Part shown: positions 1 through 9,550 of the stretch, piece by piece
Layout: each line of letters begins with the position of its first letter
Numbering within the stretch: the first letter of the stretch is position 1
Source: a bacterium
GTDB lineage: Bacteria > JAGOBX01 > DAONJL01
Direction of reading: 5' to 3'
Length of the DNA stretch: 64,000 bases
Assembly (NCBI GenBank): GCA_035405645.1
Contig: DAONJL010000002.1
Coordinates: 68,701 to 132,700, forward strand
Translations under genes and position numbers: made by a program
The notes under the pieces: generated by a model
Told to the model about the DNA's origin: nothing
Seen by the model: the letters and a program-made list of their open reading frames with translations, nothing else
The model's database searches: none

Positions 1-522
1 GAAATATATATTGAGATAGAAAATCAAATTAAAGCACTACAAAATTATAATATAAAAATTTCAAAATTAGATGGTCATCAACATATACATATTTTACCCG
101 GTATCTGGCGTATTATTTCTATTCTTGCTAATAAATATAATATAAAATATATTCGAAGACCTTATTTTAATATTTTCAAATGTAGAAATAATAATTCAAA
201 ATTTTTTCATAGATTAGCTATAAATATTTTAAGTTGGTATTCTAAAAAAGATAAATCATTATTATCACCTGATAATATCTTTGGTTTGAGTGATAGTGGT
301 TTTCTTGATTTTATTTTATTAAAAAATATTTTAGAGAACTTACCTTATGGAATAAATGAAATAATATGCCATCCTGGTTATGATATTGATGAAAAAAATT
401 TTATTTTTAAAAAAGAAAAATTTAATTGGACGATTGAAAAAAATGCTTTGTTGAATAGTGAAATATTTAATATTATAAAAAATAATAATATTGAATTAAA
501 AAATTTTGAGGATTTTATTTAA
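1..522 (+). CDS. YdjC/ChbG-family carbohydrate deacetylase-like protein. This is the C-terminal part only, because the ORF is open at the left edge of the window.
   Basis: Frame 1 is open from base 1 to the TAA at 520-522. The translation contains LDGHQHIHILPGIW and ICHPGY, which resemble the His-rich metal-binding motifs of the YdjC family. Confidence 0.5.
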   Translation, partial: EIYIEIENQIKALQNYNIKISKLDGHQHIHILPGIWRIISILANKYNIKYIRRPYFNIFKCRNNNSKFFHRLAINILSWYSKKDKSLLSPDNIFGLSDSGFLDFILLKNILENLPYGINEIICHPGYDIDEKNFIFKKEKFNWTIEKNALLNSEIFNIIKNNNIELKNFEDFI

Positions 523-1054
523 CTTTTGTCTTGTAAAATTTTTTTGAAATCAAAAAACAATAATTATCTAAATATTCCTGAGTTCATCAGTTAATTCTTA
601 ACTTACCAACAAAAGTGCAAAAATCCCTGAAAAAATGATAGTTTTAAAAAATAGAATATTTAAATGTATTGGCAACTTTATTAAAAATAATTTAAATATT
701 ACTTATCAAAACTATTATATAGATATTTTTTTTAAAATTATAAAAGTTAAAAATGCTGAATATATTCAGATTCTCGAATCATATCAGTAAAATGGATAAC
801 CTAAACATAAAGTTCTTTTAAGTTTAGGTAAAGCAGATATTATTGCTAATAATTTATATTTATTAGGCTGCTCTGTTCTAAATAACGACTTTAATATTTT
901 CTGGAAAAATAGAGATAGGAAATTAAATTATTGGAATAATATTTATGATATGAAAAAAGTTAGTTATTTTTTCTTTATTCGTGTACTTCACCTTGTAAAT
1001 ATTTTCTATTATATTTATTTTATTTTTTTGCAATTTAAAAAAATTTTTTTAAAT

Positions 1055-1081
1055 TTGACTTTTTTATGTTTGTATTATAAT
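1055..1081 (+). promoter_or_regulatory. Candidate sigma70-like promoter with TTGACT at 1055-1060 and TATAAT at 1076-1081, upstream of the AphA-like gene.
   Basis: Hexamers read directly. The spacer is only 15 nt and the -10 sits 8 nt before the annotated ATG, so either this promoter or the annotated start codon is wrong. Confidence 0.25.
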
Positions 1082-1088
1082 TTTAATA

Positions 1089-1694
1089 ATGAAAAAAATA
1101 ATTATAAGGGGTGAAATGATGAGATTAAACTATTTTATGAACTCTAATTTACGCTATTTATTTATTATTTTAATTGTTGCTATTTTAGCCTGTCAATCAA
1201 CTAAAAAATTAAAAGTTGGATTTGATGTTGATGATACTATTTTATTTTCTTCACCTAATTTTGATGTTGCTAATAATACTGATATAGAAAAATTTTCAAA
1301 AGAATATTGGGAAATGGTTAATAGTTCAGATGAAAAATATAGTAAAATAAAAAAGAAGACAGTTGAAATAATAAAAAAACATTTAGAGAATGGTGATGAA
1401 GTTTTTGTAATTACTGCAAGACCATCTTATGGAAAAGAAGGACTTGTTAATTTTTTAAATAAAGCATTAAATATTCCAAAAGAAAATATTTTCTTTGAAC
1501 CAGAAAGTAAAGTGCAGAGAATTAAAGAACTGAAATTAGATTATTTTTATGGTGATTCTGATAATGATATTCAGGACGCTATTGAAGCAGGCTCTGTTGG
1601 AATTCGAATTAAACGAAGTCCATTATCAGGTTATAAAAAGAAATATAACCCAGGAAAATTTAATGAAAAAATTATTGAAGATTCAGAAGAATAA
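1089..1694 (+). CDS. aphA: Class B acid phosphatase (AphA-like, HAD superfamily), predicted lipoprotein.
   Basis: [14 protein letters not shown] is the DxDxT HAD motif I and closely matches Aph[38 protein letters not shown] is HAD motif III and also AphA-like. N-terminal signal [19 protein letters not shown] ends in a cysteine lipobox. Internal Met codons at 1116 and 1137 have better RBS context (AAGGGGTG), so the true start may lie 27-48 nt downstream of 1089. Confidence 0.75.
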   Translation: MKKIIIRGEMMRLNYFMNSNLRYLFIILIVAILACQSTKKLKVGFDVDDTILFSSPNFDVANNTDIEKFSKEYWEMVNSSDEKYSKIKKKTVEIIKKHLENGDEVFVITARPSYGKEGLVNFLNKALNIPKENIFFEPESKVQRIKELKLDYFYGDSDNDIQDAIEAGSVGIRIKRSPLSGYKKKYNPGKFNEKIIEDSEE

Positions 1695-1699
1695 AAATT

Positions 1700-2509
1700 A
1701 TGTTAGCAAAAAGAATTATTCCATGTCTTGATGTAAAAGAAGGAAGAGTTGTTAAAGGCGTAAATTTTGTTAATTTAAAAGATGCAGGCGACCCTATTGA
1801 ATGTGCTATTGCTTATGATAAACAAAATGCAGATGAACTTGTTTTTTTAGATATTACTGCTTCTTATGAAAAAAGAAATATTATGATTGATATTGTAAAA
1901 AATGTTGCTGAATCAATTTATATTCCTTTTACAGTTGGTGGTGGTATACGCAATATTTATGATATTGATAATTTATTAAATGCTGGTTGTGATAAAGTTT
2001 CAATAAATACTGCTGCTGTTGAAAATCCAGAATTAATTAATGAAGCAGCCAAAAAATTTGGTTCACAATGTATTGTTGTTGCGATTGATGCAAAATTACA
2101 AAATAGAAAATATATTCAAAATGCTGATGATGATATAGAATTTATAAAACAAAATTATGAATGGGAAGTAATGATAAATGGTGGAAGAACAGAAACTGGA
2201 AAAAATGCAATAAATTGGGCAAAAGAATGTGAAGACCGTGGTGCAGGAGAAATTTTATTAACATCTATGGATGCTGATGGCACAACTGATGGTTATGATA
2301 TTTCTTTAAATAAAATTATTTCTGCAATTGTTAAAATACCAGTTATTGCTTCTGGTGGCGCAGGTAAATTAGAAGATTTTTTAGAAGTATTTAAAAAAAC
2401 AAATGTTTCAGCAGCACTTGCTGCTTCTGTTTTTCATTACAATATTCTTTCTATTCAACAAGTTAAAGAATATCTAATAAATAATAATATTCCTATTAGA
2501 CAAAAATGA
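1700..2509 (+). CDS. hisF: HisF-type imidazole glycerol phosphate synthase cyclase subunit homolog.
   Basis: [46 protein letters not shown] and PVIASGGAG follow the HisF (beta/alpha)8 signature end to end. No hisH, hisA, hisB, hisD or hisI is adjacent. The stop overlaps the next gene's ATG (ATGA at 2506-2509). Confidence 0.8.
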   Translation: MLAKRIIPCLDVKEGRVVKGVNFVNLKDAGDPIECAIAYDKQNADELVFLDITASYEKRNIMIDIVKNVAESIYIPFTVGGGIRNIYDIDNLLNAGCDKVSINTAAVENPELINEAAKKFGSQCIVVAIDAKLQNRKYIQNADDDIEFIKQNYEWEVMINGGRTETGKNAINWAKECEDRGAGEILLTSMDADGTTDGYDISLNKIISAIVKIPVIASGGAGKLEDFLEVFKKTNVSAALAASVFHYNILSIQQVKEYLINNNIPIRQK

Positions 2510-3954
2510 TTGTCCCGGACCCAATAACAAAAAAGAGTGATATTAATTTAGGTTATGTCTGTGATATAAATTGTCAATTCTGTTATTATAAATTTGGCAC
2601 TAAACCATTTATGCAACTTCAGGAAGTTAAAGAATTAATCGATAAAATGAAAAATACTTTTGATTTAAAAAGTATTGATTGGCAGGGTGGCGAACCAACA
2701 ATTTATAAACATTTGCTTGAAGCATTAGAATATGCAAAAAATAAAGGTTTTCATAATACTATTATTACTCATGGTTTAAATTTAACAAAAGATAAATTAA
2801 AAGATTTAAAATCTGCTGGTCTTGATGAAATTTTAATTTCTGTTCACGGCTTTGATTTTATTCATAATATTCAAACTGGTGTTAGTAATGGCTGGCAAAG
2901 AATAAATAATGCTCTCTGTAATATAAATGAAATTGGAATACCATTGCGAACGAATACAGTAATAAATAAATATAATTATGGCACATTACCTCATTTAGCA
3001 AAATTTTTTCTTAATTTTAATATTAATACACATAACTTCATAAACTTTAATTATTTTGCAACCTGGGCAAAAGATAAAGATGAATTTGCTGACCCACATT
3101 TTCAAATTCAATATAAATTTGTTAGACCTTTTTTAGAAGAAGCAATTGAAATATTAAAATCTGGGAATAGAAAAATAAATTTAAGATATATACCATTTTG
3201 TGTTGTTGATAAAAAATATGCTGAACATATTGTTGGATTTAAACAGGTTTTTTTTGACCCTGATGAATGGCTACCAAAACATATTTATAATGAAAATTAT
3301 TTTTCTATGGATGAAATAAATAAAATTACTTATACTGCACGATTAGGCGTCAAATTTGCCTGCGCTTTTAGTTCAAATGAATTTAAAGAATGTAAAAAGT
3401 GTTCTTATCAATTTATCTGTGATGGTTTAAGTAAAAGATATTATTTAAGATTTGGCGATGAAGATTTAAAAGCAATTAATGATGATAATTATATTAATGA
3501 TTTTATTTATTTCAGAAAAAAAGATTTTCCAAAATATTTCATTGCTGATTATAATAAAAATTCTGATGTTAAAAATATAAATTATCTTGATAATCTAAAT
3601 CAAATTATTTTATTTTCTCTTGTTGATAATATTTATTTATATCTTACAAATAATATTGAAAGATTCAATATGTATATAAATGAATTATCTGATTATTATG
3701 TTAATTCTCATTATTCTATTTTTGCAAAAGCATTTCAATATTTAATAAATGGAAAAATACAGGACGCAAGATATAATTTTAGATATTTTGATATTGTTGA
3801 TAATCATAAATCAAAATTAGGTGATTTAGGAATAATTTTAACTTTAATGAAAGAAGATAAATCAGATTTATTACAAAATAAAATTGCTAAATTTAAAAAT
3901 ATAAATTTTAATAATGAGTATAGAATTCTTGAAAAAATCAAAGAATGGCTTTAA
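2506..3954 (+). CDS. Radical SAM enzyme of unknown function with a C-terminal Cys-rich (SPASM/twitch-like) segment.
   Basis: CDINCQFC is CX3CX2C at residues 19-26. WQGGEPT is a GGE-type SAM-binding motif. A later [20 protein letters not shown] run (CX9CX2CX5C) is consistent with an auxiliary Fe-S cluster. The start is translationally coupled to the hisF-like gene. Confidence 0.7.
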   Translation: MIVPDPITKKSDINLGYVCDINCQFCYYKFGTKPFMQLQEVKELIDKMKNTFDLKSIDWQGGEPTIYKHLLEALEYAKNKGFHNTIITHGLNLTKDKLKDLKSAGLDEILISVHGFDFIHNIQTGVSNGWQRINNALCNINEIGIPLRTNTVINKYNYGTLPHLAKFFLNFNINTHNFINFNYFATWAKDKDEFADPHFQIQYKFVRPFLEEAIEILKSGNRKINLRYIPFCVVDKKYAEHIVGFKQVFFDPDEWLPKHIYNENYFSMDEINKITYTARLGVKFACAFSSNEFKECKKCSYQFICDGLSKRYYLRFGDEDLKAINDDNYINDFIYFRKKDFPKYFIADYNKNSDVKNINYLDNLNQIILFSLVDNIYLYLTNNIERFNMYINELSDYYVNSHYSIFAKAFQYLINGKIQDARYNFRYFDIVDNHKSKLGDLGIILTLMKEDKSDLLQNKIAKFKNINFNNEYRILEKIKEWL

Positions 3955-4655
3955 TTATGGCTGATAATAAATTAATTTATAAAGAACCTGTTTCAATAAT
4001 AATTACAACAAAGAATAGATTTGATTCTTTTTCTAAATATCTTGAAAAAATAATTTCAACAACAGGTTCAAATCCTATTCTTATTGCATGTGATGATGAT
4101 AAAACTTCTTTTGAAAAATTAAAAGAAAAATTCGGTCATTTTGAATTTGTTAAAATTTATAATTCCCCTTATCAAATGGAAAATGTTTCATTAAGAAACT
4201 GGTTATATAAAAAAGTTGAAACTGAAAAATTTGTATATATGGATGATGATATGGAACCAGGAAATAATGAATGGTTAATAATTGCATTAGATTATTTTAA
4301 TAAATTATTTCCTGATAATATTGGTTTAGTTTCTTTTTGTGATGGCATACAAAATGGGAAATTAGCACCTGCTGGTTTAACAACAAAAACATTTATAAAT
4401 CGTGCTTGTAATGGTTATTTATATAATCCACAATATGTTCATTATTTTTGTGATACTGAAATAACTGTGCGAGCACAAATAATAAATCGTTATGCTTATT
4501 GTGCTGATGCTATTTTATTACATCGCCATGCAACTGTTACTGGAAATTATGATTTTATTTATAATCAATCAAAAGTATTCTGGAAACAGGATGAAATGGT
4601 TTTTAATGATTTTATGGAAAAAGTAATGGTATTAAAAAAGAAACTGGGAGGATAA
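3945..4655 (+). CDS. Hypothetical protein, possibly a GT-A-like glycosyltransferase (VSIIITTKNR, DDDM).
   Basis: A 236-aa ORF overlaps the radical SAM gene's stop by 10 nt. VSIIITTKNR resembles the GT2 N-terminal motif and YMDDDMEPG could be a DxD. This is only a weak match. Confidence 0.3.
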   Translation: MALIMADNKLIYKEPVSIIITTKNRFDSFSKYLEKIISTTGSNPILIACDDDKTSFEKLKEKFGHFEFVKIYNSPYQMENVSLRNWLYKKVETEKFVYMDDDMEPGNNEWLIIALDYFNKLFPDNIGLVSFCDGIQNGKLAPAGLTTKTFINRACNGYLYNPQYVHYFCDTEITVRAQIINRYAYCADAILLHRHATVTGNYDFIYNQSKVFWKQDEMVFNDFMEKVMVLKKKLGG

Positions 4656-4659
4656 TTTT

Positions 4660-5418
4660 ATGAAAAAAATTTTAACATCAAGTAAAATACTTGGTATTGA
4701 TATTGGAGGTTCTGGAATAAAAGGTGCAATTGTTAATATTGAAAATGGTGAATTAGAAACTGATGTATTTAGATTAGTTACACCTGAAATTTCTACACCA
4801 GAAAATATTGCAAATACAGTAAATGAAATCATTAAACATTTTAATTGGTCAAGTAAAATTGGTATTGGTTTTCCTGCTGTTGTTCGGAATGGTATTGTTT
4901 TTACTGCTGCAAATATTGATAAAAAATGGATTGGTGTTAATGCAGAAAATTTATTTTCAGAAAAAAGTGGATGTAAAGTAAAAGTAATAAATGATGCTGA
5001 TGCTGCTGGTATTGCAGAAATGCATTTTGGTGCTGGCAGAGAGCAAAATGGTGTTGTTATTCTTTTAACAATCGGCACTGGTATTGGTAGTGCTATTTTT
5101 ACAAATAACATATTACTACCAAATACAGAATTTGGTCATTTAAGAATGAAAGGAAAAATAGCTGAAAAATATGCTTCTGACTTTATTCGAAAAAAAGAAG
5201 ATTTGAGCTGGAAAAAATGGGCAAAAAGATTTAATAAATATTTAAAAAGACTTGAATTTTTATTCTGGCCTGATTTATTTATATTAGGTGGTGGAATTAG
5301 TAAAAAAGCAGATAAATATTTAAATTATTTTACAATAAATACAGAAATAAAAATAGCACAATTACAAAATAAAGCAGGTATTATTGGTGCTGCATTAGCA
5401 GCAAATAATTATTTATGA
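4660..5418 (+). CDS. ppgK: ROK-family sugar kinase, short polyphosphate-glucokinase-like type.
   Basis: LGIDIGGSGIKGAIV is the N-terminal ROK/actin-fold phosphate-1 motif. The ~250 aa size and the adjacency to CHAD and HD genes fit PPGK-like ROK proteins. GGAGGA RBS at 4646-4651. Confidence 0.55.
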   Translation: MKKILTSSKILGIDIGGSGIKGAIVNIENGELETDVFRLVTPEISTPENIANTVNEIIKHFNWSSKIGIGFPAVVRNGIVFTAANIDKKWIGVNAENLFSEKSGCKVKVINDADAAGIAEMHFGAGREQNGVVILLTIGTGIGSAIFTNNILLPNTEFGHLRMKGKIAEKYASDFIRKKEDLSWKKWAKRFNKYLKRLEFLFWPDLFILGGGISKKADKYLNYFTINTEIKIAQLQNKAGIIGAALAANNYL

Positions 5419-6383
5419 GAAATTTAATTAATCCAATTATTCAAAATTCAGAATTTTTCTTATTTGGTAAAAACAAAATAGTATTTTTTTTAAAAGAAAT
5501 TTTTTTTCTTTTATCTGGTGCAATAAAAAATAAGGATATTGAATACATTCATAAATTGCGTGTTACAAGCAGACGATTAAGAGAAACAATAAAAATTTTC
5601 CAAAATTGCATTGATAAATCACAAATAAAAAATATAAGAAAAAGTGTTAAAAGATTAGCAAAAACAGCAGGTTTTGCAAGAGATTTAGATGTTCAAATTT
5701 TATTCTTAAATGATTTTATTAAAAATTTAGATAAACAGAGTGAATATTTAAAAGGAGTAAAAAGAATTTTATTTAGAATTGAACAACACAGAAAAGAAGC
5801 ACAAAAGGAAATTATAAATGAAATTCGTGATTTTAAAAATAATAAATTTATAAAAAATTTTTTAAAAACAAATGAATCTTCTGATTATATAATTTCTGAT
5901 AATTTTCTTGAAAATTATTCAAATGATATTTTTGATGTAATTGAAGATGAGATTAAAGAAGTTTTGAAATATGAAAAATATGTAAATAAAGAAGAGAAAA
6001 TTAATGAACACCATAATATGCGAATTGCAATAAAACATTTAAGATATTCATTAGAAATATTCAATGAAGTCTATAATAATAAACTAAACATATATATAAA
6101 AAAATTAAAAAATATGCAGGATATTTTGGGTGGGATGCACGATTGTGATGTATGGCAAGATTTTATTTATAATTTTTTAAAAAATGAAAAAAAACTAATA
6201 AAAGAATATTTCGGTAATTTGAATAATTTTTATAAAATTCAAAAAGGTGCTGAATTTTTATTTAATAATCGTGTAAATAAAAGAAAAGAATTATATAATG
6301 AATTTAAAAAAGAATGGCAAAAGTTAAAGAAAGAAAATTTTTTTGAAAATATTAAAAACACAATTATTTCAAAAGATACTTAA
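5415..6383 (+). CDS. CHAD-domain protein (conserved histidine alpha-helical domain, associated with polyphosphate).
   Basis: HKLRVTSRRLRETIKIF matches the CHAD signature, and a second HNMRIAIKHLRYSLEIF repeat occurs later. The 4-nt overlap with the upstream kinase gene indicates coupling. Confidence 0.55.
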   Translation: MRNLINPIIQNSEFFLFGKNKIVFFLKEIFFLLSGAIKNKDIEYIHKLRVTSRRLRETIKIFQNCIDKSQIKNIRKSVKRLAKTAGFARDLDVQILFLNDFIKNLDKQSEYLKGVKRILFRIEQHRKEAQKEIINEIRDFKNNKFIKNFLKTNESSDYIISDNFLENYSNDIFDVIEDEIKEVLKYEKYVNKEEKINEHHNMRIAIKHLRYSLEIFNEVYNNKLNIYIKKLKNMQDILGGMHDCDVWQDFIYNFLKNEKKLIKEYFGNLNNFYKIQKGAEFLFNNRVNKRKELYNEFKKEWQKLKKENFFENIKNTIISKDT

Positions 6384-6412
6384 TAATAATTAATTTATGT
6401 AATATTTCAAAA

Positions 6413-6994
6413 ATGAATGAAATAGAAATTTTAAAATTTATACAAAAAATAATACCAGAAGATATAGAGCATTTAAAACAGGTAGCAAAATTATCAGTGA
6501 TTATATTTGAACAAACAAAAGATTTACATAATTTGAATGTAGATGAAAAAGAAAAATTATATTATGCTGCTTTATTACATGATGTTGGATATTCTATTAG
6601 TTTTTCCAAACATCATAAAAATTCATTAAAAATAATTCTAACTAATAATCAATTAACATTTACAAAAAAAGAGAGAATAATAATTGGTTTAATTGCACGC
6701 TATCATAGAAAAGCACTACCATCAAATAAACATAAATATTATTGTGATTTAGAAAAAAAAGAAAAAGATATAATAAATAAACTTGCAGCAATAATACGAA
6801 TAGCAGATGGACTTGATTTCACGCATAGAAATGTTATAGAAGATATAAAAATAAAAATAAAAAAAAATGAAGTTGAATTTTTTTGTAAAACAAAATATCC
6901 ACCTGAAATAGAATTTCAAAAAGCACAAAAAAAAGCAGATTTATTTGAAAATATATATAAGAAAAAAATAGTTTTATTTTCTGATATTAAATAA
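6413..6994 (+). CDS. HD-domain phosphohydrolase, similar to the C-terminal HD domain of Ppx/GppA.
   Basis: AALLHDVGYSISFSKHH contains the HD motif and a downstream RIADGLD. It is the last gene of the polyphosphate-associated trio. Confidence 0.45.
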   Translation: MNEIEILKFIQKIIPEDIEHLKQVAKLSVIIFEQTKDLHNLNVDEKEKLYYAALLHDVGYSISFSKHHKNSLKIILTNNQLTFTKKERIIIGLIARYHRKALPSNKHKYYCDLEKKEKDIINKLAAIIRIADGLDFTHRNVIEDIKIKIKKNEVEFFCKTKYPPEIEFQKAQKKADLFENIYKKKIVLFSDIK

Positions 6995-7007
6995 TTTTTT
7001 TCTATTT

Positions 7008-7838
7008 CTATTTTTTATCATTTAAAATTTTAAGAAAAGGTAATAATAAATCTTTTACATTTTTATTTCTTTTTAAACATCCCTTTTTTAAAATTTCATA
7101 TTTTTTCCTTATTTCATTTACTATTAATATTTTTTTTTCTTTTGTAATTTCCTGATTTTTTAATAATTTTAATAATGCATAAATTCTAAATATATCCATA
7201 CCCCAATATTTTTTAGATAATTGGTCAGCGTGGCCACCGCGTTTTATTATTAAAAATTTATCTATAAAATTTACTGGATATTTTAAACAAATTCTTAACC
7301 ATAAATCATAATCTTCACAAACCTCTAAATTTTCATCGAATTTGCCAATATCATAAAAAACAGATTTTCTTATTAATGCAGATGATGGGCTAATAATACA
7401 AAGTGGCAATGTTTTATCAAATATATAACCACCATATTTTTTATGTTTTAATTTTTGATTTATTCGTTTACCATTTAATATCCAGATTTCATTTGTATAA
7501 TTTAAAGCAATATCTTTATTCTGAATTATATCATTATATTGAATTTTTAATTTATCTTTACACCATAAATCATCAGCATCTAAAAAGGCAATAAATTCAG
7601 TATTAGCAGCTTCAATGCCTCTATTTCTTGCTTTACTAATACCTTGATTTTTTTGATATATATAATTCACTTTATTTCCATATAATTCTCTTACTTTTTC
7701 TTTTGTATTATCAGTCGAACCATCATCAACTACAAATAGTTCAAAATCAGTGAATGATTGATTTAATACTGAATTTATTGCTTCAATTACAAAATTACTA
7801 CGATTATATGTTGTTATTATTACTGAAACTTTTTTCAT
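7008..7838 (-). CDS. Family 2 glycosyltransferase.
   Basis: VSVIITTYNRSNFVIEAINSVLNQSFTDFELFVVDDGSTDNT is the canonical GT2 N-terminus, and FLDADD is the DxD motif. Confidence 0.8.
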   Translation of the reverse strand: MKKVSVIITTYNRSNFVIEAINSVLNQSFTDFELFVVDDGSTDNTKEKVRELYGNKVNYIYQKNQGISKARNRGIEAANTEFIAFLDADDLWCKDKLKIQYNDIIQNKDIALNYTNEIWILNGKRINQKLKHKKYGGYIFDKTLPLCIISPSSALIRKSVFYDIGKFDENLEVCEDYDLWLRICLKYPVNFIDKFLIIKRGGHADQLSKKYWGMDIFRIYALLKLLKNQEITKEKKILIVNEIRKKYEILKKGCLKRNKNVKDLLLPFLKILNDKK

Positions 7839-7849
7839 TTGAAAAGTTT

Positions 7850-9550
7850 TTATTTTATATGAATTGTAAATTTTGTGAATCTATTTTCAATGCTTTCAAC
7901 ATCTATTTTCCAGTTATACCAATCAATTATATTTTTTACAATTGATAAACCTAAACCTGTGCCTTTTCCTGTTTCTTTTGTTGTAAAAAAAGGTTCAAAT
8001 ATTTTATCTAAATATTCTGGTTTTATTCCTTCACCATTATCCATTACTTCAAAAATTATTTCATCATTATGATTATATGTTTTAATTTCAATAAATGAAT
8101 TATTCTTCTTATTTTTCAATGCATCAATACTATTAAATATTAAATTTAATATAATTTGTTTTATCTGTTCTGGATCGGATTCTATTAATTTTATTTTTTC
8201 TGATAATCTTAAAATTATTTTTATATTTGTATTTTTTATTCTGTGTTTTATCAACAAAAGTGTATCAATAATTATTTTATTTATATTTATTTTTATTTTA
8301 ACTGATGATTTCTGCCTTGAAAAATTTAATAAATTTGAAATGATATTTTTACTTCTTTTTGCATCACTTTCAATTATTTGTAAATAGTTAACTAACTTTT
8401 CTTTATCTAATTTATTTTGTTTTATTTGTTCAAGTATTAATTGTGTATAACCTAAAATAGTTACTAATGGATTATTTATTTCATGTGAAATACCAGCAGC
8501 AATTTGACCAATAGATGCAAGCCTTGCAGTATTAACTAAACTCTGCTGATAATTCTGAATACTATTAAGCATAAAATTAAAACTCCTGTATAATTCTCCG
8601 ATTTCATCTTTTCTATCTTCATTAAATCGTATATTCATATTTCCTTCTGAAATTTTTTGAGTCATTTTTAATAAAGTATTTAATGGCGCAGTAAATTTCT
8701 TCCCAAGAAAATATGCTAAAAAATAAAGGATTGTCATTAATATAAAAAGAATAATAAAATATTTAATAATTAAATTATTTAATGCATTTCTTAATTCAAG
8801 ATTATTCATTCCATAATACATATATAATTCTTCTTCTGAATTTAATAAATGTTCTGATAATGAATAGATTTTAAAATAATAATTATATAATCCAAAATTT
8901 TCTTTTGTTAATTCTATGTTTTGAATTATTGTTTTTTGTTTTGCAATAATATCTTTTTTATTACTTAAAAAAACAATATCTCTTTTGTAAATATCAAAAT
9001 TTTTTAAAAATAAATCATCAATTTTATATGAAATAATTAATGTTCCTAATATTAGTTCTGATTTAATATCTTTTATTGGAACTGCAACAGAGTAAAAATA
9101 ATCATTATCAATTTTTTCAATTTTAATAATTATCTTATTTTTTAATAGATTATCAAAAGAAAAATTTGAAAAAGTGAAATTCTTTTTTGAAAAAAAAGTA
9201 ATTAAATTTTTTTTATCATCAAAAATACGAATTATATCAAAATTATTTTCTGTAAAAAAATATTTAATACGATTATTTATTTGATATTTTAGTCTTAAAA
9301 AAATTTTTATTTTTAACTCATCATCAGAAGCAAGTAATTTTGCTAATGTTATAAAATTAGGATTATTAACAAAAAAATTTTTAAAATAAAGAGATTGATA
9401 ATTAAGACTTGTCTCAAAATTAGAAAATAAAATTTCTTTTGATTGAATAAAAATATAAGTTAAACTAATAAAGACAGGAATAAAAGATGTAAAAAAAAGT
9501 AAAATAATTAATTTACCTGTCAAAGTTCCAATTAAATTTTTTCGTTTCAT
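7850..9550 (-). CDS. Two-TM sensor histidine kinase with periplasmic sensor, HAMP, HisKA and HATPase domains.
   Basis: Hydrophobic segments at roughly residues 13-35 and 265-285. HAMP-like LNTLLKMTQKISEGNMNIRF. H-box AAGISHEINNPL. N and G boxes are present (DNGEGI, GTGLGLSIV). Confidence 0.85.
   Translation of the reverse strand: MKRKNLIGTLTGKLIILLFFTSFIPVFISLTYIFIQSKEILFSNFETSLNYQSLYFKNFFVNNPNFITLAKLLASDDELKIKIFLRLKYQINNRIKYFFTENNFDIIRIFDDKKNLITFFSKKNFTFSNFSFDNLLKNKIIIKIEKIDNDYFYSVAVPIKDIKSELILGTLIISYKIDDLFLKNFDIYKRDIVFLSNKKDIIAKQKTIIQNIELTKENFGLYNYYFKIYSLSEHLLNSEEELYMYYGMNNLELRNALNNLIIKYFIILFILMTILYFLAYFLGKKFTAPLNTLLKMTQKISEGNMNIRFNEDRKDEIGELYRSFNFMLNSIQNYQQSLVNTARLASIGQIAAGISHEINNPLVTILGYTQLILEQIKQNKLDKEKLVNYLQIIESDAKRSKNIISNLLNFSRQKSSVKIKININKIIIDTLLLIKHRIKNTNIKIILRLSEKIKLIESDPEQIKQIILNLIFNSIDALKNKKNNSFIEIKTYNHNDEIIFEVMDNGEGIKPEYLDKIFEPFFTTKETGKGTGLGLSIVKNIIDWYNWKIDVESIENRFTKFTIHIK

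Noticed and set aside
799-829. 8-bp stem-loop in the long intergenic region, considered as a terminator or tRNA fragment
   Set aside because: No following T-tract and no tRNA-like cloverleaf. It is kept only as a minor note within the intergenic-region finding.
4632-5111. 159-aa ORF antisense to the ROK kinase gene
   Set aside because: It lies entirely inside a confidently assigned gene on the opposite strand. Its translation is Pro/Ala/Ser-rich because it is the reverse complement of Gly-rich coding sequence. There is no RBS or start context.
7403-7945. Two 63-aa plus-strand ORFs inside and at the start of the GT2 gene
   Set aside because: AT-rich chance ORFs overlapping a well-supported minus-strand gene.
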